A stretch of 64,000 nucleotides of DNA. It comes from Mobula hypostoma. Its lineage: Eukaryota. Position numbers and translations under genes: made by a program. Under the pieces are notes generated by a model. It saw nothing but the letters and a program-made list of their open reading frames with translations, did not search any database and was not told the origin of the DNA. Numbering within the stretch: position 1 is the first letter of the stretch; each line of letters begins with the position of its first letter. Below are positions 11,957 to 24,530 of the stretch, in pieces. The stretch spans positions 31,186,001 to 31,250,000 of the forward strand of contig NC_086105.1 in assembly GCF_963921235.1 (NCBI RefSeq), given 5' to 3'.

Positions 11957-12869
11957 TGTGACGAAAGAGGGTGACAAAAGTACACATAGGCTAAGATGTA
12001 AACTGTCCTGTGCTATCACTAGTGGGATCATCAGTTGAGCTGCCACCTGTCTTCAGGAGAGAGCGATAAGTAAGACAATGGAGCAGCATTTGGAAATGTT
12101 AATGAAGAGATGAGAGAGTTTAACGGAAGGAGACATCGGTCTGAGCATTGTCAAGACCGGCTCCGTTTGAACCCTGAACTGTTTGAAGTTTGATGGACAG
12201 GCGATACCCCAACAGGGGGGATAAAAAGGGACGGGTTCGCTAAGGCAAGAGACACCACACACGACACCATGAGGTAACGAGACCCTGGAAGCGGTGTGCC
12301 CCCACAAGTCGGTGGGAGTTTTGGAGGACTGATCGTGGGACCAGCCATAGACGCACAGGGTGGAAAGAGACGGTCGGCGGGAACCTGGTGTGTGTGTCCA
12401 CCCTTACCTGGGTGCCGGGTTCACCGCAGAGGAACGATCGTATCTGAAACAGAGGGGTCACAGTCGGTGACCTCAGAAGACATTACAGAGGGCTCACCCG
12501 AAAGCTAACTGCGAGGAATATCAAAAGTCTGTTGAATCCGATTTGAATATCAGCATTCGCTCTCTCTCTCTCTCTCTCTCTCCCCCCAATGGCACGACGG
12601 CGATTACTGCGAACTGAACTAAACTGAACTCTGTCACTTATGATTGATCATTTTACCCCTAGACTGCGATAGAGCTTGATTGATCCTATTATCCCAGTTC
12701 TGTGTACAGGTGTGTTTATTCATTGCTAACCTGTTGCATTTATATCCTTACTATTAGAGTACTGTATTGTTTATTTCTTTAATAAAACTTTCTTAGTTCC
12801 AGTAATCCAGACTCCAACTGAGTGATCCATTTCTACTGGTTTGGCAACCCAGTTACGGGGTACGTAACA
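11957..12869 (+). repeat. 3' LTR
   Basis: Direct repeat of 7664-8570, preceded by the polypurine tract. Confidence 0.95.
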
Positions 12870-13953
12870 ATTTTAACCACCACTCAATGCCGCACGCCAC
12901 CCGCTAACCGCCACTCAAACCCATGTGACAAATTGACAACCCAGACTGAGCATGCGTAACACAAATACAATATAGACAGACAATAAATAGATACATGACT
13001 CCTACATCACAGCCATTATTTTTATAATACTGTAATAATTACAAATAGATGAAATATTCAAGGATAAACATTCACATATTATCAACATACTTTAATATTT
13101 ATGCAAACATCTTTCTTCTTTAAACTGTCATGTAACAGTCATCTACGACAGAGGTTACTAACATTTAGACCAATACAGAGTGATCTTTATCACCGCTCTG
13201 TCAATTCAGTAAGTCAAGTCAATGTCATGAAGTCAAAGTAAGTGACGCTTCTAGAGTTGTAGTTGCTCAAACCTCTACCTCCTGTAGAAGACAGATCTTG
13301 GTTATAAGCTGTCCAGACAGCTGGTCTTGGTCTTGACGCACATTTACTAAGAGCAAAGTTGGCACAGTTTGCTGAGGAAGTTGTTCCAAAGAGATGTACC
13401 ACCATTCTGAAGTCCATTACATCTTGGAAAGGTCACCATCAGGCCACCAGAGAAACCCAAGCAGATCTGCATCTTCTGCCAGTACTTTAACCTGATGAAA
13501 TATTGATTTAATATCTGCCATGATCACCACTGGTTCTTTTCTGAATCTCGTCATTACTCCAGTCAGTGAGTTAGTAAGATCTAGTCCCAGTAAGAGCTGA
13601 GCATTAAGTGATATTCCCTGAATGGTCACTCTACAGTCAAACACAACACGGAGTTTCCTTTTTATGGGGTGGTAAACACCATGGTGTGGAATATACCAGA
13701 CTTTCCTATTACTGTGTTCCAGGTCCTCTGCAGACACTCTCTCAGCATAACCTTTGGAGATGATATTCTTCTTAAACTTCTTGCTTAGATTTAGAGCCTG
13801 CTGTTCTGCAATCTTCCTGTTATTTGGCATGTTAACCTCCTTTTTTCCTCAAAGGTAAACTAATCTGATAGTGGCCATTCACCAGATTTGTAGAATTTGC
13901 AACCAGTTCCATGAACTTGCGGTCTCCTCCTAACAAACCAGGTTGTTCATCCT

Positions 13954-14084
13954 ACACACATCAAAGTTGCTGGTGAACGCAGCAGGCCAGGCAGCATCTC
14001 TTCCTAGCCTGGACTGCTGCATTCACCAGCAACTTTGATGTGTGTTGCTTGAATTTCCAGCATCTGCAGAATTCCTTCTGTTTG
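13954..14084 (+). mobile_element. Short Penelope 3'-end insertion with an inverted duplication
   Basis: 39-bp arms at 13954-13992 and 14007-14045 (2 mismatches); 14-bp TSD aggttgttcatcct at 13940-13953 and 14085-14098. Confidence 0.88.
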
Positions 14085-14876
14085 AGGTTGTTCATCCTGA
14101 CTGCATTCAGGGAAGTCTGCCTTAAATTTCTGCTGCCAAAGTTCATCCGAGTTGAAAACTGAGATCCTGTTAACTGTCAGCTCTAGTTGTGCACAGTCCC
14201 TTCCATCACAATTATCTCCTTTCAGTGGTCCATTCACAGTCCAAACCAACATTGTTCTAAATGCATCATTAACACTGCAAATCACTTGTAATGGCTCCAA
14301 TGCTTTAGGCACGTTTGTCCCCATCAACAGCTCAATTTCTGAATCAATCTCTGGCAAATGGACATGTTTCAGGTGAGACCATCTTTGTAGATCCCTCTGC
14401 AGTGGAACGTTCCCTCTGTGGACAGTAATACTGTACCTTCCTATGTATAGATGTTACATAGTTTACAATAGTTTTCACCTTCTAAGCCATTTCCAATCCT
14501 GAAACCATGTAGCTACTCATGACCTTCTCTTGGCTCAAGCCGTGTAAGAGAATGCACGTCCTTTTTCCTGTGTAGAAAAACTTCTGTGCTCTCTTGATCT
14601 AAAAAAGTGTAAGTAACCACTGTCTTATTACTTTTCTTAGACTTCACTTGTATTGGAATTATGGGGAGTTTACCATCATGATCGCCAGCTCCTGTAAGGC
14701 CCGGGATACCAGAACACTGCCCACTGCTGTGTCTGATTTTTTCATGGCTTGTTCTGATTCTACTCCCCTTCCCTTTAAGCTGATATGAAACATGCTGGAA
14801 TGATTAAAACTGCATACCTTGCTTCCTGCAATCTTTGCTGATGCGTCCTATACACAAACAGCCAAAGGAGGCATCA

Positions 14877-15257
14877 TGCAACACACACAAAATGCTGAAG
14901 GAACTCAGCAGACCAGAGAGCATCTACGGAAAAAAGTACAGTTGACATTTCGGGCCGAAACCCTTCGGCAGGACTGGAGAAAAAAGGCTGAGGAGTAGAT
15001 TTGAAAGGTGGTGGGGGGATGGGAAGAGAACAATAGGTGAAACTTGGATGGGGAGAGATGAAGCAAAGAGCTAGGAAGTTGATTGGTGAAAGAAACATTA
15101 AGACATGGAAGAAAGAAAAAAAAAGGGGGGGGGATGGAGCACCAGAGGGAGGCAATGGGTGGTGAAGGATAACATGTGAGAGGGACAAAGGGATGGGAGA
15201 TGGTGAAGGGAGTGGGGAGGATGGCATTACTGGAAGTTTGAGAAATCGGTGTTCATC
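14877..15257 (-). mobile_element. Older Penelope-related 3' fragment inside BEL gag
   Basis: Carries the last ORF codons, a pyrimidine-rich 3'UTR and the motif cagtc-ctgccga-a-gggtttcggccc-gaaatgtc-aactg (14939-14977). Short catcat duplication at the flanks. Confidence 0.8.
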
Positions 15258-18229
15258 ATTTTCCTTTAGGAAGGCAATCCTCGCTACAAGCCCTTTTCTC
15301 CATCTGAGGCACAAATCCAATGTGTGTCCACCCCCACAGAACAGACAAACCCTTTTGGCTGACGAGATCATTTCCCTTCCTTTAGTTCCAAGTTCAGGTT
15401 TAGCTTTACTTCCCACAGTGGCTAAATGATGGCAAAGCTGCTTCCTTTAGCTCTAGAATGAAGTTGTGACTTAGTTTTGTTCACACTTTGCTTATTGCCA
15501 GTAATGGAGCTTCCTGTATATTCCCAAACACAGGATCTATTGTAATCTTTACTTGCCGTTCAATAACATTAACAATGGCAATGAAAGTAGCCCCAAGGCT
15601 GTGCCTTTCTTGCAGTTCATAGGCCACCATTCTCCATCTATCCCTAAGTTTATACGGCAATTTCTTTATAACAGTCAACATATTGGCAGGCATGTCCAGC
15701 TCACACGTGTACTTCACTTCTTCCACAGCACTGCAACAGCCACTAAGAAAAAGACTATTTCTTGAGGGACTTCTACATCTTTAGATTTGATGGTTACCAA
15801 TGAAAGAGCCCTGTCCATGTAAGCAGATGTAACTTTTTGTTCATTATCAAAATGTTCCTGTAGTAAAGCCTTAGTCTTGACATACTCTTACTTTGGGTCA
15901 ACATGCTGGCAACTTCAAACAAGGTCCCAGGTGATCCCTAGTACACTGTTCAAGAAAACAGAGCCAGTCACCGAGGCTGTCGGTCTTGCTTTCAACACTG
16001 TTTTCAAAGGCCTTCACGAATGCATGATACTGCAATGGATCACTATCAAAGATCTCCCTTTTAGGCAACGATGAAAGGCATTGTTGTAGCGCCAATAAGG
16101 TTGTTATTTCATTTTGCATCCTCATAATATTAAAAATACTGTTTTGATCTCTATCGTCTGAAACAGGAGTGTTTCCATGGCATAAGTGAAAGACCCTATG
16201 AGCATTTTGTGCTGTTGAGATAGGTTCAGTGTGCATCATTAGCACAGGCTGCAAATAAACACTCTAAACTACTTCATGGGGGTTTTGTTCATGTTTGCCA
16301 GACACTTGAGGAATAAGTCAGCACTGACATTGGGTGGTTTGTTTTCCTTCATGCCTTTTCAAAGTAAGAATTCATGCCTTTGGACTGTCCTGTTGCAGCA
16401 CTTTTAGCACTCAACACACTTGAAGCCCTTAGCACACTAACTTTAGCGACATGTGTAGCTATTTCTTCCTCCAACTTGATTTGTTCTTTCCTTTTCTGTA
16501 GCTCTTGCTCTTCCAGTGCATATTTGTCCTTCAATAATCGTTGAGATGCCATTGATGCAGCTAAATCAGTCTCTGTTTTAATGCTATTCAACTTTTAATT
16601 TTGTTCCAGGTTTGTTTTATGCCCCTTTTGAAGACTTCCAATTTTATTCAAAGCTTTGGTATTAAGGTTAACTTCTGTCTTGCCAGCCTCCATTTCAGAG
16701 CCATTGAAGTACCGAAGTAATCCCAGCCTTTAATCTACTCATGTTCACAAAATGCACCAGCGGTATTCAGTTCAATCAACACAGACAACAAACTATTCAT
16801 GTATCCACAGCACATCAACCAAACCAAACAAAGAGCATTCAATTCAAATATCAGCAACCGGGACAATATTTTTGGCACTCATGAACTTTGCAAACCACAC
16901 AAGTCAGGGCTTTGAGCACTTCAATAAAACAGAACAGCAAACCTTCAGGCAAACACCACACAATCGAGCAACAGTTCCCAAAGGACAGGCAGCACTAACC
17001 ACACAAACTGTGTTCAATCAACAAGTATACAGCATGAAGCAACATAAAACCATAGGTAGGTCCGCCGCTTCTGCTGCTCATGTTGCCGGCGTGCTTTCTC
17101 AGTGTTGCAATGATCTGGCCTTTCTTTGCGGTCCTTAGTGTTGGAATTCTTTTCCCACCAACAGGTCCAAGCAATCCTCTTCATCCAGAATGTGAAACAT
17201 TGTATGAAGTAGTCCGTGCTGATGGCTTTGCCATGAACTAGTGTTTGTTTGGTATAAAAAATATTTTGTTGACAAAATATAGTGACTAATTGAAGACAAG
17301 CTGTTCACTTGATTCATTACAGTGACTATTTGGGTTACAAATCAGATAATGCTATCTTTAGCACAACAGAATAATAGAATGTATTTTTTTAATCTCAGCT
17401 ATTTCTGGAAGGGTTAAAGGAGGGGAGGAAGAAACCAAACCAAACTATACTTAAACCTAATAACTTTGCAATCAAAATGATGTTGAGAAGAAGAGAGGGA
17501 AGGGGAATGAAGAGGAACACAGTGACTGATGAAAACACACCAGGAAACAGTGACCAATGTGGAAAAGAGGAAGGCAAATAAAGTAAGTATTAAACTGGAT
17601 TTAACTACCGCATTTCATTCAACATTTTTTGCAATTCCCCGTTGAAAATTGGCTAAGAGTGATTGTGTGTATTCATAGTCCTGAGAAATTATACAAAGCT
17701 TGTCAAATGGAACAAAACAAGTCCTGGCAGCATCTTCTGGAGAATCACCGATGTGGCATAGCACACGAGTTGGGAATGCTGCCAGGATTGTGTTCAAATT
17801 TGAGAAACCACAGCTCTGATTTCAATAATCAGTGATATAATAGAACTATACAAACTAGTCGAGAATAACTTAGAAGAATTTTATTCAAAATATTTTTAAA
17901 AAAATATTCTAGCAAAGTTGTAAGAAGCAGATTCATAAATGGCTAAATGCATGGGAGTAAGAGAATAAGCTGGATCACGCTTGATTTGGATTGCTGCCCT
18001 GAAATGCATAGCCCAGATGTGAAGGGCCAAACTCTGCACGTTGAAGTCAGCAGCATACAGCCAAGGACTTGTCTCTGGAACGCCCTGACATGCTTTGCCA
18101 GTGGGAAAGCTGGGTGGAAGGGAGCTTTACTTCCTGTTAAAGCTCCGAAGAGTTTTAAAATCTAAAATATGCATTCATCTAGAAACCACCAGAATTGGTT
18201 AAAGTGGTTTATATCTGTCACATTTACCA

Positions 18230-21200
18230 AGATACAGTGAAAAACTTGTTTGCATACTATTCATACAGATCAATTTATTTCAATAATGCATTGAGGTAGT
18301 ACAAAGGAAAATAATTACAGGGTGCAGAATAAAGTGCTACACAAAGTGCAGTGCAGGTACAACCAGGTAGATTGTGAAGGCAAGAGTTCAGAGAACTATT
18401 CACTAACCTTATAACAACAGGGTAGAAGCTGAGCTCGAGCCTGGTAGTACATGCGTTCAGGTTTTTGTATTTTTTGCCCCATGGAATGTTCAGGTCACTG
18501 AGATCTTTGATTATACTGGGCTACTTTACCAAGGCAGCTAGAAGTGTAGACAGAGTCTATGGAGGGGAGTTGGAGTTGAAACTGATTTGTTATTCTCATA
18601 TGTACCTAGAAAAAATGAAAAGCTGCCTTGCATTCCATTCATACAGTTCAGATTACACTTTATTGAGGCTGCATGGAGTATGGAAAGAATCCACAGAGGG
18701 GATACTGCTTTCTGATGTCCCCATCTCTAAACAGGTCTTCATCTCTCTGCGGTTCTTTGCAGTCATGGCAGAGCAGTTGTTACACCAAGCCATGCAGAAT
18801 CCGAATAGTTTGCTTTCTATGATGCTTCACTAAAAATTAATGAGAATCAAATGATACATACGAAATTTCTTTACCTTTTGTATTTCTTAGGTATCACAAT
18901 AATACCCCCAGAGTCTCCCGGGGGGGGGGGAGGAGGAGGAGAGACTCAACGGGATGGTCATACCGGCAACGGCCAGGACAGGAAACACGACTACGAGGAA
19001 GCTAAAGCAAACAACACTGACCGGAGAGGAATTCACGGTAAGATGTCACTGCGGGAAAGTCTGCAAAAACATCAGAGGGCTCAAGATGCACCAGAGCAAG
19101 TCTAGATGTGGATCAATGGTGACCCAAGTGCAGTGCACGGACTTAGTGTCGGTGAGATGAAGGAGAATTCCAGCTAGGAAGCACCCCACAGAGCTGAAGA
19201 TCTCTCCACACTTGAGTCGCCTCAGCACCGAACAACAGACCTAGTGAGTTCCTCTTCGGCTACCCCAATCCATTCGTCAAGGAAAGACAGGATCAAATGG
19301 CCTAGATCGTCAGACAACATTGCCTGGATGCAGTTCGATGATGATCTAGACGGCATCCTGGAAGTTGCCTTAGCAGGTCCAGTACACAGAAAGATCGACT
19401 CACTCACAGCCATAGCGTACAACCTAGCTAAGGAACGATTTGGCCCAATGGAGTGGAAAAGCCAGCTGGAGTTACCGCGGCAACCAAACAGTAGGGAAAG
19501 GGATGTTCATCGCTTGAGAGGCGAACTAAAGACGCTCAACAAGAGGTTTAGAACCAGCTCACCGGCCGAAAAAGAAGGTATCAAGGACTTAACCAGTATG
19601 CTGCGGGAAAAGCTGTGCAAACTCCGGAGGGCGGAACATCTGCGACAGTAAAGAAGGAAGAAAGAGAAGAGGTGAGCGCAGTTTGTGAGAGATCCATTCA
19701 GCTTCACCAGGACTCTTCTCAGCCAACAAAAATCTGGTATACTATCCAGCTCGAAGCCAGAGGTAGAGGAGTTCCTGCGGGAGGCACACAGCCACCCACG
19801 GAGGGGTCAGGGACCAGGAACCAATCGGGCTGTGCGTAGACTGGAAAATCCATCAATTGAGCTGAATGTGAAGGAGCCTACATGGCAGGAAATCCAGGAC
19901 ATCATCCAGAAAGCTAAAGCATCAGCTGCCCCAGGCCCAAGCAGCATACCTTATAAGGAGTATAAGAAATGCCTAAAGCTTCTTCGGAGGCTGTGGAAGG
20001 TCATGAGAAAGATCTGGGCCAAAGGTACTATTCCATCAAGTTGGAAATTGGCAGAGGGATGCTTTATTCCAAAGGAAGAGGTTTCTTCCACAATTGCCCA
20101 GTTTAGGGCAATTTCTCTCCTGGATGTGGAATGTAAGATTTTCTTTTCTGTGCTCGCAAGAAGGCTGACTGACTTCTTACATGACGCAGAACCGCTATAT
20201 CAACACATCCACCCAGAAAGGTGGTATTCCAGGCTTTTTGGAGTGTCTGGAGCACACCTCAATGATTAGCCATTTGATCCGTGAGGCCAAGCAGAAAAAA
20301 GGTGACCTAACAGTTGTCTGGTTAGACCTCGCCTACGGGTCTATTCCACATGACCTCATCCTAGAAGGACTCAACCACTACTACATCCCAGTGGCTATTC
20401 GAGACATGATCACTAGCTACCTAGGAGGATTCAAACTCAGATTTACAACAGCCCATTTCACAACTAGTTGGCAGGACCTCCAGAAGGGGATTCCAACAGG
20501 GTGCACCATCTCCCCCATCCTACTTATTATGAGAATGAACCTCCTATTATCAGCAGAACATGTAACCCGCGGCCCGACGCTGGAGTCAGGCATTGTTCAG
20601 CCAGCTCTACGAGGATTCATGGACGACATCACTATAACAACTGTGTCACATGTCCAAGCAAGATGGACCTTGGAAACCCTGGGTAATGTAGCCACTTGGG
20701 CGAGGATGTCCTTCAAGGCCAAGAAGTCCAGGTGCATGGTGATCAGAAAGGGCAAAGTTACTAGCAAGTTTAGCCTCCAGGTTCAGGGCGAGGTCATCTC
20801 TTCCATCGAAGATAACCCGATAAAATGCTTCGGGAAGTGGTTTAATGTGTCACTGACAGATGGGGCCAATGTCACCAATGCTGTTGAGCAGACACAGGAA
20901 TGGCTGAAGAAGATTGACAAATCTGGACTTCCGGGTAAATTCAAGACCCGGCTGTACGAATACGGCATTCTGCCCAGGCTTCTCTGGCTCTTCACACTTT
21001 ATGAGTTCCCCATGACTGTCGTAGAAGGCATCGAGAGGAAAACCAACAAGAACCTGCGGAGATGGTTGGGAGTTCCCCCAAGCTTCTCTTCAGTGGGCCT
21101 TTACATTCGTTCTGGACAACTGCAGCTTCCCCTGTCATCTGTTGTGGAGGAATTCAAGGTGGCGAAATGCAGAGCTTTATTAGCTTGAGAGATTCTAATG

Positions 21201-23200
21201 ACGTCTTGGAAAAGCAAGCAGGCGTTACAACCAGATCTGGGCGTAAGTGGGCAGCCAACACAGCTGTGGAGGCGGCAGTGTGTTCTCTGAAGCTGCGAGA
21301 TATCATTGGCAACCCCAGCATCGGGTGGCAAGGCCTCGGCTCAGTTCACTTCCAGAAGTGGGGAAACACAAGCATAAGGAACAGGCGAGACATGATACAG
21401 GCAGAAGTACGGATCCGTGAGGAAGAGAAGCGGATTTCAAAGGCAGTGGAACAAGGGTCCCAGGGTGCCTGGACAAAATGGGATCTGCCTAAGCGCAAGA
21501 TCTCATGGGCAGAGTTATGGAGACTGGAACCCTTCCGTACTTCCTTCCTCTTGCGATCCATGTATGACACTCTTCCTTCATCATTACATCTGTACATATG
21601 GGGGATGAGAGAGGACCCGAACCGTAAGCTCTGTGGTCAAAAGGGGACACTGGCTCATATACTGTCTGGGTGTAAAACAGCTCTAACTCAAGGACGGTAT
21701 AGGTGGCGCCATGATAAGGTGCCGTGGGAGGAGGGATGGGAAGAGGCCCACCAGAGAAAGGCCTTGAAGTACCAGCCCTTCCTGCAGGAGTGTAAAGACA
21801 AGGGATGGCAGGCATGGTTGTTCCCTGTGGAGATCGGCTGCAGAGGTTTCCCAGCCAAATTAGCATGGTGGTTGTTGTCAGATCTGGGCCTGGACGAAAG
21901 AAGCAAAAAACAAGCAGCTCGTAGGATGGAGGAAGAGGCAGAACGAGCTTCTTGTTGGATTTGGAGTAGGCGAGAGGACAGGAGCTGGAAGCCAGGAGCA
22001 GAGGGGCAGTGATTTGGCCACCACTGCCGGCCCACCAACTGGAGAGTATTGTGGTTAAGGGTCAAAACACTCGGTGAAGGTTAGGAACCACCTGATGACA
22101 TCTGCTCCTGGCTGAAGGCTACGGTTACCTTATAAGGTAACTGGAGAATGCACCCTAACAGGTGTATGTAACAAGTAACAAGTCTTCTTAAAGTATGTGG
22201 GAATCTCAGATTGAAGCAGGGAGTGGTTAAAAATGTCTGCAAATACTCCAAATAACTGATCTGCGCAGATGATAAGGACACAGCTAGCTTTACCATCCAG
22301 TTGTTTTCTAGACGTTCACTCTCCTGAAGTCTGATCTTATGTCCGCAATGGTGATTGTGGGTTGGAGGATGTGGGTGTGAGTGGCAGCAATCCAATCCCT
22401 TCAGTTCAAAACATGCATAGAATGCATTAACCTCATCAGGTTGTCAACAGTGCTGCCCATCTTTGCTTTGTAACCCATTATAGCATGTAAGCTCTGCCAC
22501 AACTGACAGGGACTCTCTTTTAGACTAGTGTTGTCTCTTCGCATCCTTCATAGCTTTATGGAAATTGTCCCTTGACTTCTTGTAAAGGTCAGGGTCACCT
22601 GATTTGAACGCTGCAATCCTAGACTTCAGTAGGAAATGGATCTCCCAGTTCAATCATGGCTCCCTCTTTGGTAGATAGTTCCAAACACATTTGCTGATAA
22701 ACTCCATGACAGTGGCAACATACTCATCTAAGCTGGTTGCTAAGTTTTTGAACATGGACCAGTCCACTGACTCAAAGCAGTTGCATAAAAATTTCTCAGT
22801 TTCTTCAATCAACACTGTATGAATTTATATACTGGACCCTCACATTTCAGTTTCTGTTTGTATGCAGGGAGAGCAAGCACTGCCTGGACTGATTTACCAA
22901 AGTCTAGATGTGGGTTGGGGTGGCTCGGTAGGCACCTTTGATCCTTGTGAAGCAACAGTCAAGGGTGATTGGGCCCCTGGTAGGACAGGAGACATGTTGG
23001 TAGTGTTCTAGTAATATACTCTAGAAGATGGTTTGGTTGAAATCACTGGCAATGATGAAGGAACTTCACGGTATCCCATTTCAAGGGTGTTAACCAAGGA
23101 GTTTAGTTCATTGACTGCAGATTTCATGTCTGCCTGGGGAGGGGATGAAAACTAACTTAAGAATAGCTGAAGTGATCTCCCGTGGCAGGTGTATGGGTGA
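18230..23200 (-). mobile_element. Highly decayed Rex1/Babar-type LINE into which the HERO element inserted
   Basis: The flanks (18230-18880 and 22200-23200) show reverse-strand similarity to the Rex1 copies at 43-45 kb and 57-58 kb. Boundaries approximate. Confidence 0.55.
18890..22184 (+). mobile_element. HERO-like non-LTR retrotransposon (N-terminal zinc finger, RT, CCHC, truncated RLE), frameshifted
   Basis: CHCGKVCKN.RGLK.H, IKWP, APGP, FRAISLL, WLDL..GS, GCTISP, FMDD, LC...GTL.HILSGC..L.QGRY.WRHD, PWEE..RK..KY and PVEIGCRGF. Short gtaacaa tail repeat. Confidence 0.88.
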
Positions 23201-23593
23201 CACTTCAGTGTTAGGTATTCCAGGCTGGGTTAGCTGGAAGTCACCAGGAATGAGATACAATATGGTTGTATCTCATTCAAATAGTCAACACTTACCCAAA
23301 ATTGCTTTTAAAATTTACTTACTTTCTCTTTGCTATGTTATCTGCAGCTCTGGAATTCCAAACCTAGAAGTGGACTGGCATGCTATAGGTGTCTCTCCAG
23401 AATAATGCAAGACTGGTCATTGTTGTTGGAATTCATGTGGAATCCAGAGGCAGACCATAGGAACAAATGCAATACCGTTCACCAGCACATACACGGGCAA
23501 GGAGTCAGGCAGCACCAAGCTGCAGTTTCCATCAAGATCATAGTTTGGGGACAGAGAGGGGAAGTGGGAGGAGGTAGGGGACAGGTTAGAGCA

Positions 23594-24530
23594 GTGGTTC
23601 CCAAAGTGGGCAATATCACCCCCGGGGGGGGGAATTTATAAGAGGGCGATAAAGATATAGGGAGTGGTGTGGATGGGGGTACTCGGTAGCAAGAGTTGCA
23701 GTTGAAGGATTATAGACTTAAATTAAGAAATTACTTATTATAAAAGCATTTGATCCTCAGTGCCTCATAATTCATTACATGTAATCACCTCATCTCTTAC
23801 TAAACCACCATTCTCTTAGACTTTGCTTGAAGTGCACTATAACTGTTGAAAATCAATGACATGCTTCTGTATTTGGCATATAATGAGAAATCTGAAATGA
23901 AGAAATTGTATTACTTCCAGGCCCAGCCTGCGCATTATTGCCGTTCACTACTGTAGTGAATCAGCTAGTACGATTTCCATAGTCTACTCAGGCAGTGATG
24001 CAATTCCTGTAAATTAGGGTATGATGTTCAATGGGGTAAAGTTCAGAATCTGCCCTTTTAAATGGCCTTGATGGCATTTCTCAAGCCCACAGCCCAACTG
24101 AGATATCACTGCCCCACTTTATGTACCTTCAGGCAGAGAGTCAGGTTTTGTCTGAACTATGATGATGTCATAACTTTTCCCTTTACTGATCACAATGCTT
24201 GAGGATGGGCTTAAACAACAGGTGATTGACTGTGGTCATTAATCCATAACCAAAATGACAGAGGCAGTCCAAATGAAAAGGAAGTGTAGACAGAATGGTG
24301 TAGAATATCTGAAATAATGGCTTTATACCAGCACCAAACAATGGCCAATGTGTCCGTTGAGTTCTTTTCCCAAATGAGACAATGAAACCATCCAGGCTCC
24401 TTGAACATTTGAAGAGAATACACTCTGATAAAGCAAACAAGAACTTGGCTTACATTCATTCACTTCATGAAAACTTTCCAAAACAAAAGCACTTCAAAAC
24501 ATGCTTGCCAGCACTTCATAATAAAGCAGT
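23594..24530 (+). mobile_element. hAT (Charlie/Buster-type) remnant
   Basis: Terminal-repeat-like cagtggttcccaaagtggg after ttagag, and the BED-finger fragment MKPSRLLEHLKRIH.DK..K.LAY (24382 onward). The interior is interrupted. Confidence 0.65.

Larger units (their letters stand above)
7664..12869 (+). mobile_element. Gypsy (Gmr1-like) LTR retrotransposon, both LTRs present, pol internally deleted
   Basis: LTRs 7664-8570 and 11957-12869 (TG...CA), 4-bp TSD ATTT (7660-7663 and 12870-12873), degenerate tRNA-Pro-like primer-binding site tgggttctcgtc near 8575, polypurine tract aaaggaggggg at 11946-11956. Confidence 0.95.
13200..17150 (-). mobile_element. Decayed BEL/Pao LTR retrotransposon (gag, protease region, RT start)
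   Basis: FDSDPLQY..F..AFE, KLPYKLRDRW, WYIPHHGVYHP..KLRVVFD..SLN..DLTNSL..RFR..MADI..FHQV and RM.VHLFG..SS..ANFAL motifs across broken ORFs. Boundaries approximate. Confidence 0.88.

Noticed and set aside
14939-14977. Active hammerheads at 14939-14977 and 1098-1130
   Set aside because: Core nucleotides are mutated (CTGCCGA; CTGACAA and loss of GAAA), so they are treated as decayed copies.
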